Below are positions 44,845 through 54,848 of a stretch of 64,000 nucleotides of DNA, one piece after another (within the stretch, counting starts at the first letter, position 1; each line of letters begins with the position of its first letter). The stretch is from positions 32,148-96,147 of the forward strand of contig CP011215.1 of assembly GCA_001029775.1 (NCBI GenBank), given 5' to 3'. The position numbers were made by a program, and so were the translations under genes. The notes beneath the pieces were generated by a model that did not search any database, was not told the DNA's origin, and saw only the letters and a list, made by a program, of their open reading frames with translations. The stretch comes from Candidatus Campbellbacteria bacterium GW2011_OD1_34_28 (lineage in GTDB: Bacteria > Patescibacteriota > Minisyncoccia > Phycocordibacterales > UBA12079).

Positions 44845-46104
44845 ATGAAAAAAATTATAGAAAATTACAGAAATAAAACCTACAAATTCCTCCGCTGGAG
44901 CGAAAAATGGACCAAAACAGACATGATATACCTCACCAAAGGCGGTTTTTGGCTTACACTAGGACAAATTTTTTCTTCTATATCAGGATTGCTTTTAGCG
45001 ATTGCATTTGCCCACTTCATCCCCCAAGAAATTTACGGAAATTACAAATATATATTATCTCTTGTCGGAATTTTAAGTGCCCTATCTCTTTCAGGAATTG
45101 GTGTATCTATAACACAAAATGTTGCTCGTGGTTTTGAAGGATCTCTGGAACAAGGTTTTTGGGAAAATCTTCGTTGGGGAATATTAGTGATATTAGCATC
45201 GTTAGGTGGTTTCATTTATTATTTTTTAAATGAAAATTATACTATCGCCTATTCTCTATTAATAGCAGGAACAACATACCCTATATTACAAAGTGCTTCT
45301 TTTTATGGATCATTTTTGGGAGGGAAAAGAGAATTCAAAGCTTCAACAATAATAGGAATATTTAGAAGTATCATTCCAGCGTTTCTAATTTTTCTAACAA
45401 TTGTTTTTACTCAAAATCTACTTGCTATTATTACAGTCTATTCTTTATCCCACGCCATAACAGCTTTGTTTTTTTATTTTTACACTATTAAAAAATTTAA
45501 GCCAAACAACAAAATAGATGAAAAAAATATAAATTTTGGAAAACATTTAAGTTTAATGGGTTCGCTTGGTACAGTCGCCGACAACCTGGAAAGCATTTTA
45601 ATTTTCCATTTTTTTGGAGGCGCTCAGTTGGCAGTTTATACTTTTGCTACCGCTCTTCCAAAACAATTTAATTTTTTAAAAAAAGCGATCCAAACAATGG
45701 CCCTACCAAAACTCAGCCAAAAATCAATTCCTGAACTGAAAAAAATTCTTCCTACAAAAGTAACAATGCTTTTCTTTGCTCTTATTCCTATTGTTGGTGC
45801 GTTTATATTGTCAGCGCCTTATATATATAAAATATTTTTTCCCCAATATCTTGATTCTGTAATTTATTCTCAGGTTTTGTCTCTATATATACTTCTCTTC
45901 CCTAGTCTTTTTTACACACAGGCTTTGGTTGCTCATGCAAAAAAAAGCTACCTTTATGTAACGGGAGTTACGCTACCCATAATCCAAATAATATCTCTTC
46001 TTATTCTTCTCCCTATTTACGGAATTTGGGGAGCTGTCTTTTCAACTCTTATACTAAGACTTTCAAATTTTATAATCTCTCTCTTCTTGTTTAATAGAAT
46101 GTAA
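44845..46104 (+). CDS. Oligosaccharide flippase (Wzx / MOP superfamily polysaccharide biosynthesis protein)
   Basis: 419 aa. About 12 TM segments and an N-terminal region typical of Polysacc_synt family proteins. Confidence 0.65.
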   Translation: MKKIIENYRNKTYKFLRWSEKWTKTDMIYLTKGGFWLTLGQIFSSISGLLLAIAFAHFIPQEIYGNYKYILSLVGILSALSLSGIGVSITQNVARGFEGSLEQGFWENLRWGILVILASLGGFIYYFLNENYTIAYSLLIAGTTYPILQSASFYGSFLGGKREFKASTIIGIFRSIIPAFLIFLTIVFTQNLLAIITVYSLSHAITALFFYFYTIKKFKPNNKIDEKNINFGKHLSLMGSLGTVADNLESILIFHFFGGAQLAVYTFATALPKQFNFLKKAIQTMALPKLSQKSIPELKKILPTKVTMLFFALIPIVGAFILSAPYIYKIFFPQYLDSVIYSQVLSLYILLFPSLFYTQALVAHAKKSYLYVTGVTLPIIQIISLLILLPIYGIWGAVFSTLILRLSNFIISLFLFNRM

Positions 46105-46109
46105 ATTAT

Positions 46110-46138
46110 AAAAGGGCGAACAAGTGTTCGCCCTTTTT
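46110..46138. terminator. Bidirectional rho-independent terminator
   Basis: aaaagggcgaac-aa-gttcgcccttttt. Confidence 0.65.
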
Positions 46139-46151
46139 CCCGCAGGACATT

Positions 46152-47024
46152 TTACTTCCTACGCAATTTTTTCTTGATGGGAACTTCGCGGTCGAGAACG
46201 ACCTTTTCGCCGTTCCCAAACCCTTCTTCAAAAACACGAATGTCGCGGATCATCAACTCGAAACCTTTCGGCTCGAGTGACGCTGCCTGATCAGACCCCC
46301 ACATCGTCCGATCCAGAGTAATGTGTCGTTCAACGACGCATGCACCCATGGCGACTGCGCACAAAGAAAGACTGATGCCTCTCTCGTGTCCACTATATCC
46401 GATGGGGTAATTCGGGTAACGCTTTTTGAGCGTGTTAATGACGGCCAAGTTGGCCTCCTCATTTTCCGATGGATATGTGGATACCGCATGCAGTATCACC
46501 AAAGGAATCTGGTGTTCAAAAAAAATTGCCACGGCCCGATCAATCTCTTCAACCGTGCTCATGCCCGTAGAAATAATCACCGGACGGTTTTTAGAAGCAA
46601 CGTGATTCAAAAGACCGATATCGGTCAAGCTCGCGGAAGCGATTTTGTGACAAGGCGGATCAAACTCATCCAGAAAATCAACGCTGGCCTCGTCCCACGG
46701 AGACGCAAACCACAAGATGCCTTTCTCTTTGCAGTAAGCATCAATTTCTTTATATCCGGCAAGGTCAAACTCGAGGCCGTATTTCAGGTCACCATTGGTC
46801 GTACCAAAAGGATTTTCCCTCGGCATTGCCAACTCTTCCTGTGTGTAGACGATATCAATCGTCCTCTTCTGAAATTTAACCGCGTCAGCACCCGCCGAAA
46901 CAGCCATATCAATGAGTTTTTTGGCAGTCTCCAAACTGCCGTTATGATTGATACCGACTTCGCCAATGATAAAACACGGCGCACCATTACCGACTTCTTT
47001 CCCTCCGATTTTGACTGATTTCAA
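46152..47024 (-). CDS. Nonulosonic acid synthase (NeuB/PseI/LegI family N-acetylneuraminate-synthase-like), no SAF domain
   Basis: 290 aa. CFIIGEVGINHNGSLETAKKLIDMAVSAGADAVKFQ and the TIM-barrel NeuB core. Ends before where the C-terminal SAF domain would be. Confidence 0.75.
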   Translation of the reverse strand: MKSVKIGGKEVGNGAPCFIIGEVGINHNGSLETAKKLIDMAVSAGADAVKFQKRTIDIVYTQEELAMPRENPFGTTNGDLKYGLEFDLAGYKEIDAYCKEKGILWFASPWDEASVDFLDEFDPPCHKIASASLTDIGLLNHVASKNRPVIISTGMSTVEEIDRAVAIFFEHQIPLVILHAVSTYPSENEEANLAVINTLKKRYPNYPIGYSGHERGISLSLCAVAMGACVVERHITLDRTMWGSDQAASLEPKGFELMIRDIRVFEEGFGNGEKVVLDREVPIKKKLRRK

Positions 47025-47215
47025 TTTTTTCTCCGTTCTCTGATGTTAATGTGAATAGTTCACCATACAATTTGTCTGCGCCAATTAAAACACAACAAAA
47101 ATATAAAATCAATAGAAAATTTAAAGTATTGCTAAAAATAAACTCTTATGTTTTAATTCACACAGAAATCAGCTCTAAAACATACTAAATATTCACAAAG
47201 TGAAAGGAGTAAAAA

Positions 47216-48019
47216 ATGAAAAAAAAGATCTATGGCTTGTCGGCTATAAACATTGAGCTGACAAACAGGTGCAACAAAGCCTGTTGGATGTGTGGGCGAA
47301 GAAAGGTGGAAAAGGATTATCCCAAACTTGCTCTGCAATATGGTGATATGGATTTCAATCTACTCAAAATTATCGCACCACAGATTCCCCCGAGGACTGT
47401 GATCCAATTTCACAAAGACGGCGAAGGATTGCTCTATCCCCGATTTGGAGAAGCTGTCAGGCTTTTTAAAAATCAAACAATCAAATGTCTCACGACCAAC
47501 GGAAAATTGTTAGCTGAAAAGGCCGCTGAAATAATCGGTAATCTGGATACAATTTCTCTTTCTATAATTCAAGACGACCCCGAAGCCGACGAGCAATACG
47601 AGGTCATCAAAAAATTTCTGGAAATGAAAGGCTCTCAAAAGCCCTTCGTGATTTACCGTCTACTTGGAGATGTTTCCTCGGACAGATATGAAAATCTCCC
47701 TGGCATTATTGTCCGCAGAATTCTTCATTCTCCGATGGGTAGTTTCAAATATCAAAAAAAGACGACTATCCCCGAAATCGGTTTTTGTCTTGATTTGATG
47801 AATCATCTCGTGATTAGCAATACTGGTGAGGTTTCTTTCTGTGTTCGCTTTGATCCCAACAAAATCGGAGTGCTTGGGAACATTAAAGAACAAACACTTT
47901 CGGAAATTTGGAACGGCGAAATGCGACAAGAAATTATAAACCTTCATATTGCCGGACGGAGGGATATGGTCACTCTCTGCTCAACCTGTGAATATTGGGG
48001 CGTTCCGACCAGCCCCTGA
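47216..48019 (+). CDS. Radical SAM protein with a SPASM/twitch-like C-terminus
   Basis: 267 aa. CNKACWMC (Cx3Cx2C) near the N-terminus and C-terminal Cys pairs (CVRF...LCSTCEYWG). SD AAAGGAG lies 9 nt upstream. Confidence 0.65.
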   Translation: MKKKIYGLSAINIELTNRCNKACWMCGRRKVEKDYPKLALQYGDMDFNLLKIIAPQIPPRTVIQFHKDGEGLLYPRFGEAVRLFKNQTIKCLTTNGKLLAEKAAEIIGNLDTISLSIIQDDPEADEQYEVIKKFLEMKGSQKPFVIYRLLGDVSSDRYENLPGIIVRRILHSPMGSFKYQKKTTIPEIGFCLDLMNHLVISNTGEVSFCVRFDPNKIGVLGNIKEQTLSEIWNGEMRQEIINLHIAGRRDMVTLCSTCEYWGVPTSP

Positions 48020-48021
48020 AC

Positions 48022-48047
48022 AAAAGCCACGCTTCGCGTGGCTTTTT
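48022..48047 (+). terminator. Rho-independent terminator
   Basis: aaaagccacgc-ttcg-cgtggctttttt. Confidence 0.65.
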
Positions 48048-48052
48048 TATTT

Positions 48053-49003
48053 TTATTTAGTACCAATAATCAAAGAAATCTCTTTTGGAAAATTGTTTAC
48101 CAGTTTGGTATATACCCTATTTTCGCTGGAAAGATCATTATATGTTTCCTTGTCAGGATCTATAAATTTTGATGTAAAAAATATCTGAATTTTTGGTGGT
48201 AATTTTGAAAAAATATTCTTTAAAATTCTTACAAAAAAATTATTACTATCGGAACGAGCAATATTATAATGTTCAAAATTTGAAAAATTTGTCAGCATAA
48301 AATATTTTTTCCAATCCTTCAATCTAAATTCTTGTTCGCCGTTCATTCTTCTCGTTAATCTCTCCTTTACATCAACCCCCATGTTCTTCTTTGCCTCTTC
48401 AGAATATTCCTTATCCAGCATATTCTTCAAATCATCTTCTTTCAAATAATCCGCCCGAGCTTTATCAAAACAAAAAATTACACCTCCTGGCTTCAACACT
48501 CTGTGGATTTCAGATAATGTCTTTTGTAAATCATTGGAGTGATGCAAGGAAAAAAAATCAAAAACAAAATCAACAGAATTGTCTTTCAGCTCCAAATTAT
48601 TAAACTCACCCACGACACCAACAACTTTTTCGCTTTTCTTTTTTCCTAAAACAAAGTCGGCAATAACAGGCATCAATTCAGTCACAATATTTTCGCAAAC
48701 TTCAACAGCATAAATCTTTTCCACTTTTTTGTTATCTGCCAAAACAGCACTAAAAAATCCCGGTCCCGCCCCTACTTCCAAACCAACGCCTTTTATTTTT
48801 TTATTTAAAAAATTTTTATTTATGTATTTAAAAAATTTTTTTACATCAATAATAGTAATATTGGGAGCAACATTATCAAATGTAATTTTTTTAATTATTT
48901 CAACAGGGTTAGAATCTTTTAAAGAAATTGCAAAATCTGTCCGATAATGACTATCAATTTCTTTTTTTAACTCTGGTTGAATCTTCCAATTTAATATCTG
49001 CAT
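48053..49003 (-). CDS. Class I SAM-dependent methyltransferase
   Basis: 316 aa. GVGLEVGAGPGFFSAVLA motif I and VLKPGGVIF. Confidence 0.7.
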   Translation of the reverse strand: MQILNWKIQPELKKEIDSHYRTDFAISLKDSNPVEIIKKITFDNVAPNITIIDVKKFFKYINKNFLNKKIKGVGLEVGAGPGFFSAVLADNKKVEKIYAVEVCENIVTELMPVIADFVLGKKKSEKVVGVVGEFNNLELKDNSVDFVFDFFSLHHSNDLQKTLSEIHRVLKPGGVIFCFDKARADYLKEDDLKNMLDKEYSEEAKKNMGVDVKERLTRRMNGEQEFRLKDWKKYFMLTNFSNFEHYNIARSDSNNFFVRILKNIFSKLPPKIQIFFTSKFIDPDKETYNDLSSENRVYTKLVNNFPKEISLIIGTK

Positions 49004-49026
49004 AAATTACATAATACCCCAAAAGC

Positions 49027-49055
49027 ATTGACTACCCTAGCTAATTTGTTTATAT
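49027..49055 (+). promoter_or_regulatory. Sigma70-type promoter candidate for the cytidylyltransferase gene
   Basis: TTGACT (49027-49032), a 17-nt spacer, then TATATT (49050-49055), about 50 nt upstream of the ATG at 49104. Confidence 0.4.
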
Positions 49056-49103
49056 TGAAAAAAGAAAAAATGTTCTATAAACCCAAATCATGAGGATAAA
49101 ATA

Positions 49104-49826
49104 ATGAATATTGTAGGAATAATACCTGCCCGAGGCGGGTCAAAAGGGATCCCCTCGAAAAACACGAGGAGATTGTATGGGAAACCTTTGATAGCGTGGA
49201 CGATATTGACCGCGCTAAAAAGCAGTTTAGACAGGGTGATTGTTAGCACCGATGATCCAAAAATAAAGAAGATTGCAAAAAGATATGGCGCAGAGGCACC
49301 ATTCTTGAGACCTGCAAAATTAGCCGGCGACAAAGGTGGAATAGAACCGGTGTTGAAACACACTGTTGAATGGCTATTTAAAAACGAACATTATCACGCG
49401 GATATTGTTGTATTACTTTTACCGACCTCCCCTCTTCGCCAACCACGGCATATAGACAAAATTATTGATCATTTTATAGAAACAGGTGCCGATTCGATAG
49501 TGTCTGTATCTGAAGCAATTGCCAACAACAATCCATATTGGATGCTTCAAAGAGATCAAAATGGCAGGGTAATTCTTGCAAACGGAAAACCTTTGACCGA
49601 AATCAAAGACCGCAGACAAGAGCTTCCTCCTTATTTCATTAGAAACGATTTGGTATATATCCTTAAAAATGAAAATCTTTACGAGGAAAAACCAAATCTT
49701 TATGGAAAAAAAGTAGAACTTTTACAGACAGAACCAGAGTTTGATATTGACATCAACAACGAACAAGACTGGTTGCTCTGTCAATTCAAAATGAAGCAAC
49801 TTCGGAAAAAAGGATATTTCCGATAA
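49104..49826 (+). CDS. CMP-nonulosonic acid synthetase (acylneuraminate cytidylyltransferase, NeuA/PseF/LegF family)
   Basis: 240 aa. IIPARGGSKGIPSKN at the N-terminus; the CTP_transf_3 fold. Confidence 0.78.
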   Translation: MNIVGIIPARGGSKGIPSKNTRRLYGKPLIAWTILTALKSSLDRVIVSTDDPKIKKIAKRYGAEAPFLRPAKLAGDKGGIEPVLKHTVEWLFKNEHYHADIVVLLLPTSPLRQPRHIDKIIDHFIETGADSIVSVSEAIANNNPYWMLQRDQNGRVILANGKPLTEIKDRRQELPPYFIRNDLVYILKNENLYEEKPNLYGKKVELLQTEPEFDIDINNEQDWLLCQFKMKQLRKKGYFR

Positions 49827-49828
49827 AC

Positions 49829-49858
49829 AAAACGCGTAGGGCAACCTACGCGTTTTTT
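49829..49858. terminator. Bidirectional rho-independent terminator shared by convergent genes
   Basis: aaaacgcgtaggg-caa-cctacgcgtttttt. The 3' half overlaps the last codons of the minus-strand hydrolase gene. Confidence 0.6.
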
Positions 49859-50739
49859 ATTTCTTCAAGTAGAAACTCTTTAATTAAATTAATTATTTTT
49901 TCACTCCCGAATTCATCTCCTCCATGAGTAGCTCCTTCTATGGGGTAAAAATATGACCTCAGCCCCATCTTGTTATAAAGATAATTAAGATGTGAACTTT
50001 GACTTATAGAAACAGTAACATCCTTATCTCCATGAAATATAATTACAGGGGGGTCATCAGAAGTTAAATAATACACTGGACTGGCAGATTCTAGTAACCT
50101 ACTAGATATATTACCAAGCCTATTAAAAGAAGGTGATTCTATATCAAACAGACTAAGATCGCTAATACCATAAAAATCAACAATAGCATCCACTTTTGAT
50201 GAATATTCTAGGTTTCCCCCAACAGTACCCTCGAGTTCGGCAACATCCCCACTTAATCCCAGTAACAAGGCTAGGTGTGCTCCGGAAGACCCACCTCCAA
50301 CTATTATACTAGATGTATTGTAGCCATAGTTATCAGCGTTAGCCCTCAACCATCGAATGGCCCCTTTTATTTCTTGAATTTGTCGTGGGTGGGAATCGAT
50401 GTTAGTCAGACTATAATTTATATAAGCAACAGCATATCCGCTCTTTATAAATTTCTTAAATATTTGATTTGCATCTTTTTTATCACCATTTGTCCAACCT
50501 CCCCCATGTATCCAAACAAGTAATGCTGATGGTTCGTCTGGTATATACAAATCAAGTGTTAGTGATTTTTTATCTGCATATCTTATATCCTTAATAACAA
50601 TCGCTGATTCTTTACACATACCTACCATTCTTTTATCGTCTATTTCTTTTTCGATCATAATATAACCTACAATGCCAACAAAAATCACAACCAGTATTGT
50701 AATTTGTGTAGAAATATTTGTATAAATCCTCATATCCAT
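49846..50739 (-). CDS. Alpha/beta hydrolase (esterase/lipase fold, HGGGW type)
   Basis: 297 aa. N-terminal TM or signal, the oxyanion motif WIHGGGW, and the nucleophile elbow GGSSGAHLAL. Confidence 0.7.
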   Translation of the reverse strand: MDMRIYTNISTQITILVVIFVGIVGYIMIEKEIDDKRMVGMCKESAIVIKDIRYADKKSLTLDLYIPDEPSALLVWIHGGGWTNGDKKDANQIFKKFIKSGYAVAYINYSLTNIDSHPRQIQEIKGAIRWLRANADNYGYNTSSIIVGGGSSGAHLALLLGLSGDVAELEGTVGGNLEYSSKVDAIVDFYGISDLSLFDIESPSFNRLGNISSRLLESASPVYYLTSDDPPVIIFHGDKDVTVSISQSSHLNYLYNKMGLRSYFYPIEGATHGGDEFGSEKIINLIKEFLLEEIKNA

Positions 50740-50760
50740 ATAGACAATCTCAATTTAACA

Positions 50761-52149
50761 TCATAAAAAATAATTATTAATTTCATTCAATATGTATTGA
50801 CCAATCCTTTCTCCAGACCTACCATCTAATTTCCAAAATTGTTGATCAATCACCATTTTTCTCTTATCTCTATTCAAAGATGGATCATTTATATATTTAT
50901 TAATGATATCAATTAATTCTTCTTTTGAGTTTACAACACTCATTCCGCCAAGATCAAGCATCTTTTTCATATGATCCTCATCATGATATCTTTTCACACT
51001 TTCTATATATTTTTTATTTTCAAAACCATCAAAATTGACAACAATCTGTGGTTTATCGTAAACCAAAGCATCTATACCAAGAGTAGTAGCAATCCAAATA
51101 ATTAAGTTTGAGTGAAATAATGAATCAGCTAAATGATTTGTGTCGTCTGGTCTAAACTCGACGTCCTTACCTTCACCTATGCCAGGCTTATCAAATATAA
51201 AATTATTATCTTTTACAAAATCACCAATGGGCAAATCTCTACCAGGATGCAACCTCACTAAAAATTGTACATCCGCAGGAATTTCATTACTGTTTAAGGC
51301 GTCTTTCAAAATCTGACAAATTTGCCAATCAGTATCAGAAAGAGGATCCCCTACAGGAGAAAACATTATTATTTTCTTTTTTATATCAGCCCCTATTTTA
51401 TTGCAAAATAATTCTCGAGAAATCCTTTTCTCATTTAATAATTTATCAAACTGCGGCAATCCTCCAACATAAATATCATTTTGTGGGACAAGATGAATAA
51501 ATTCCGCATCAGCTTTAATCGTCTCATTATTAACTATCAATTTATCAGGCAAAACCCTAAGGAGTCCTTTACTATTGCAATTATCCCAAGATCTAACCAT
51601 TCCAACTGAATGAATTTTTCTATATTTTGCATCTCTCAAAAAAAAGGAATCTGTGCTATCAAAAACATCTGTAACAAAAACACAATCAGGATTATATTTA
51701 TCGAAATATTCTGCTAAAAAATTTTTAGGAACAAAAAGATAATCAAAAAAACGAAAGATTTTTTTTGCTATTTTTGAAGATGCAAAAAATTTAGTAAAAG
51801 TTATTTTATAAAAATATTTTAAAAAAATAATTAACGACTTCGATCGATTTATTTTTTCTCTTTTTTTATACCAAAGATAATGAGAATTAATTAAAAGCAG
51901 AGAAATACGTGAGAAAAAAACATTAATTCTATTTTGAGAAATTTTTCTAGGATTTACTCCTTCAAAAACAACCTTCTCACTAGAATAATATTTTTCGAAT
52001 AATTTTTTCTTATGCTCTGGAACGAAAACAACGATTTCTAAATTATTATCACTTTTTAGTACTTTAAAGACATCCGAATTTAATATATTCTTCGATATAA
52101 TCCCATGGAAACTTGTGATAAATAAAACTTTCTTATTTTTTACTGACAT
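50761..52149 (-). CDS. Putative polysaccharide biosynthesis transferase. Has TagB/TagF (CDP-glycerol glycerophosphotransferase) or capsule-synthase-like features; the exact family is uncertain.
   Basis: 462 aa. The C-terminal block ADSLFHSNLIIWIATTLGIDALVYDKPQIVVNFD resembles the TagF ADxLITDYSS..DxxxLDKPIIFY region. Confidence 0.4.
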   Translation of the reverse strand: MSVKNKKVLFITSFHGIISKNILNSDVFKVLKSDNNLEIVVFVPEHKKKLFEKYYSSEKVVFEGVNPRKISQNRINVFFSRISLLLINSHYLWYKKREKINRSKSLIIFLKYFYKITFTKFFASSKIAKKIFRFFDYLFVPKNFLAEYFDKYNPDCVFVTDVFDSTDSFFLRDAKYRKIHSVGMVRSWDNCNSKGLLRVLPDKLIVNNETIKADAEFIHLVPQNDIYVGGLPQFDKLLNEKRISRELFCNKIGADIKKKIIMFSPVGDPLSDTDWQICQILKDALNSNEIPADVQFLVRLHPGRDLPIGDFVKDNNFIFDKPGIGEGKDVEFRPDDTNHLADSLFHSNLIIWIATTLGIDALVYDKPQIVVNFDGFENKKYIESVKRYHDEDHMKKMLDLGGMSVVNSKEELIDIINKYINDPSLNRDKRKMVIDQQFWKLDGRSGERIGQYILNEINNYFL

Positions 52150-52152
52150 AAT

Positions 52153-53097
52153 TTAAATATTTCTCACTTTCTTAAAAACAAAACCTGACGGGAAAAACTC
52201 ATTAACAAATCTTCCCAAAAAAGAACCTGTGGAATAAATATTTCTCTCTTTTTTTGATAATCTGGTTTTTTTATTATTACAATGCATTTGTCTTTGTTTT
52301 TTAGATAACAATCTTTTCATGAATGAATACAACTCAAACATATAATAAACAAATTTTGGCTTCTGGTAAACCAATTTAAATCCATGTTTATTAAATACTT
52401 CGATCATTCTTTTTTTTGAAAAATAACTACAATGATATGGTGGTTCAAACTGTCTTTCAAAATAATTTTGATCATTTTTAAAAGAATTAAGTGAAAACAA
52501 ATTATTTTTTACAAACACAACTCCTGATTCATTCATAATCTTATTCAGGGCCTGCAAATTTTTATTAGGATCTCTCATGTGTTCTAAAACATCATTCATA
52601 ATAACCACATCGATATTTCTTACAGGTAGTTCGGATAATTCCCCCGAATAGACATCTCTTATTTTTTTCTCTTTACATCTGTTAATAGCATCAACAGATA
52701 CATCAACACCAAAAACATTAGAGCCCATATCTTTGGCAACTAACAACCCATAACCCTCTGCGCAACCAACATCTAACAAATTACTATTTTTAAGTTTTTT
52801 AAATCGATTCAATAACAAAAGAATATTCGTATACACTTTTTTGTGTTCATTTCTATTATCTGCATAGCTAACTTCCGTACCGTCATTTTTTATGTTACTA
52901 CAAAAAGCCTCTGGATTATCATAATTATCAAAATAATACCTATTATAGTAATCGGAGTAATTAAAATCTTCTTTCACAAACATAAAATCACACCCTCTAC
53001 ACACAGACAATGTATATTCAAATCTTTTTCTAAGATCGTATATATCTTTATTATGACACAAAGGACATTTATCTTGTATTGTGTTTTTATTTTCCAT
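52153..53097 (-). CDS. SAM-dependent methyltransferase with an N-terminal zinc ribbon
   Basis: CPLCHNKDIYD...CRGCDF, then LLDVGCAEGYGLLVA motif I. Confidence 0.65.
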   Translation of the reverse strand: MENKNTIQDKCPLCHNKDIYDLRKRFEYTLSVCRGCDFMFVKEDFNYSDYYNRYYFDNYDNPEAFCSNIKNDGTEVSYADNRNEHKKVYTNILLLLNRFKKLKNSNLLDVGCAEGYGLLVAKDMGSNVFGVDVSVDAINRCKEKKIRDVYSGELSELPVRNIDVVIMNDVLEHMRDPNKNLQALNKIMNESGVVFVKNNLFSLNSFKNDQNYFERQFEPPYHCSYFSKKRMIEVFNKHGFKLVYQKPKFVYYMFELYSFMKRLLSKKQRQMHCNNKKTRLSKKERNIYSTGSFLGRFVNEFFPSGFVFKKVRNI

Positions 53098-53674
53098 AAT
53101 TTTTCTTTACCAAATAAATAATTTGATCATTCCATTTATACTTTTCAATTAATTTCAAATTATCTCGAACAAATAATTCATTCAGATTATCTTCGGTCAA
53201 ATTATTAACCCATCCTTTATTTAACCTCTCTAACTTAGATTTTTCTTTGTCAAAATGGGAATACGAAATAATCATATGTTCACCATATCTTGATAATTGT
53301 TCTATTGCATCTTTTGGGTTTCTTGCGTATTCCAAAACACCACTCAAAATTACATAATCGTATTGATAATTCACGCTTGGATAAATATTTGAATTAAAAT
53401 CACAAAACAAAACGCCCGTACGATTAGCTATCAAATCACAAGGTTGATATTCACAATCTTTTTTTAAAAAAGATCTTAAATTTTGATCGCCACAACCAAT
53501 GTCAAGAACCCTGCTTTTATCAGGAATAATTTTGGCAATCAATCTATTTCTTTCATACCAAGCTGTTGGAGACTTTTCAGAAACATTCTTCCATCTTTCT
53601 AGGTCATTTTTTATAAAAATAACTCTCAGCGAGATAAATATTTTTTTTATTTTATTAATGATTCGTTCACTCAT
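53087..53674 (-). CDS. SAM-dependent methyltransferase
   Basis: 195 aa. RVLDIGCGDQNL motif I. Overlaps the upstream gene end by 11 nt. Confidence 0.6.
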   Translation of the reverse strand: MSERIINKIKKIFISLRVIFIKNDLERWKNVSEKSPTAWYERNRLIAKIIPDKSRVLDIGCGDQNLRSFLKKDCEYQPCDLIANRTGVLFCDFNSNIYPSVNYQYDYVILSGVLEYARNPKDAIEQLSRYGEHMIISYSHFDKEKSKLERLNKGWVNNLTEDNLNELFVRDNLKLIEKYKWNDQIIYLVKKNYGK

Positions 53675-53690
53675 ACTGCTAACAAATAAA

Positions 53691-54848
53691 CTATATAATA
53701 TACGGGGTTAGATACTCTTTAATAGAAATTGAACAACTCCTAAATTCTGAGAAATCTAAAACATTTTTCTTTGAACCATCCATTGCATCCAATATTGTAT
53801 TTAAAAATATCTCCGGCTTTTGAATGATGTCGTTAATTGAGAAAAAACAATCCTCCTTGAAAAACATACTCAAATTTAACACTTTTTCGTCATAAATAAT
53901 AGGTATGATTGGCAAATCTTTTACATTAGATGCCAAAATGATAGCATGCAATCTTGAGCACACAAATAGATCCAATTTTGACGACAAATCAAGAAATTCT
54001 TGCGGAGTGTCTACTATGTGTTTCTCTATATTTATATTTTTTGATAATTTCTGATATAAATACTCAAATAAGACATCATCTTTCTTTTGTGCTGTCGGCA
54101 AATAATACAATGTATATTGTTTAATTTCGGAAAGTTTATTTAAGGAATATGCAAGTGAATTTATAAAATCATTGACAGATTTCTGGTCAGACAAATCTGC
54201 TTTCCAAAAAGCCAAATTTAAACCAATGATTAATTCATTATGATTATTTTTTTTTCTATCAATACTATCAAAGTGAAAAACTGGATCATTGATAACATAA
54301 ATATTATTTCTCAAATTAAATAAGATTTCCTCTAGTGATTTTTTACTTTCTTTATCTCTAACAGATATAAAATCGACATCTTTTATGTGATTTACTAAAT
54401 TAATCACTTTTTTATTACTTATTTTGTTTACACCAATAGACCAAACAAAAATTCTCTTCTTGAAAAATTTAGCGATTCTTAGTGGAATTATATAAAGACT
54501 CAACCAATCAGGTCTATTTCTAATGATTCCACCACCACCCCACACAAACAAATCACAATAAAATATATCGATGATGACACTCATTGTCCCCCAAATCTTC
54601 TCAAAAGAAAGGTAATCTCTATTGTTTTTTACAATCTCTAAAATCTTTATATTTTTAATACTGAATAAATTTGGATGTGATTTAAAAAATTTACTTATAT
54701 CAATAACAATAACTGTTAAAACAACATTCTTATTTATTGATAAAATGTCTTTAATAATTGTGTCACAAATAGCTTCATCTCCAAGATTGCCCATCCCATA
54801 AGCCGCCGATATTACAATTCTTTTTTTACTCTTGTATTTCATAAACAC
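53691..54848 (-). CDS. Polysaccharide pyruvyl transferase (CsaB/WcaK family)
   Basis: 385 aa. N-terminal GMGNLGDEAI and the PS_pyruv_trans fold length. Confidence 0.65.
   Translation of the reverse strand: MFMKYKSKKRIVISAAYGMGNLGDEAICDTIIKDILSINKNVVLTVIVIDISKFFKSHPNLFSIKNIKILEIVKNNRDYLSFEKIWGTMSVIIDIFYCDLFVWGGGGIIRNRPDWLSLYIIPLRIAKFFKKRIFVWSIGVNKISNKKVINLVNHIKDVDFISVRDKESKKSLEEILFNLRNNIYVINDPVFHFDSIDRKKNNHNELIIGLNLAFWKADLSDQKSVNDFINSLAYSLNKLSEIKQYTLYYLPTAQKKDDVLFEYLYQKLSKNINIEKHIVDTPQEFLDLSSKLDLFVCSRLHAIILASNVKDLPIIPIIYDEKVLNLSMFFKEDCFFSINDIIQKPEIFLNTILDAMDGSKKNVLDFSEFRSCSISIKEYLTPYII

Noticed and set aside
46323-47018. A 231-aa plus-strand ORF antisense to the NeuB-like gene. Similar antisense ORFs are 37814-38248 (antisense to the helicase) and 33737-34183 (antisense to ppsA).
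   Set aside because: The opposite strand encodes well-conserved enzymes. These ORFs have no motifs and an odd composition.
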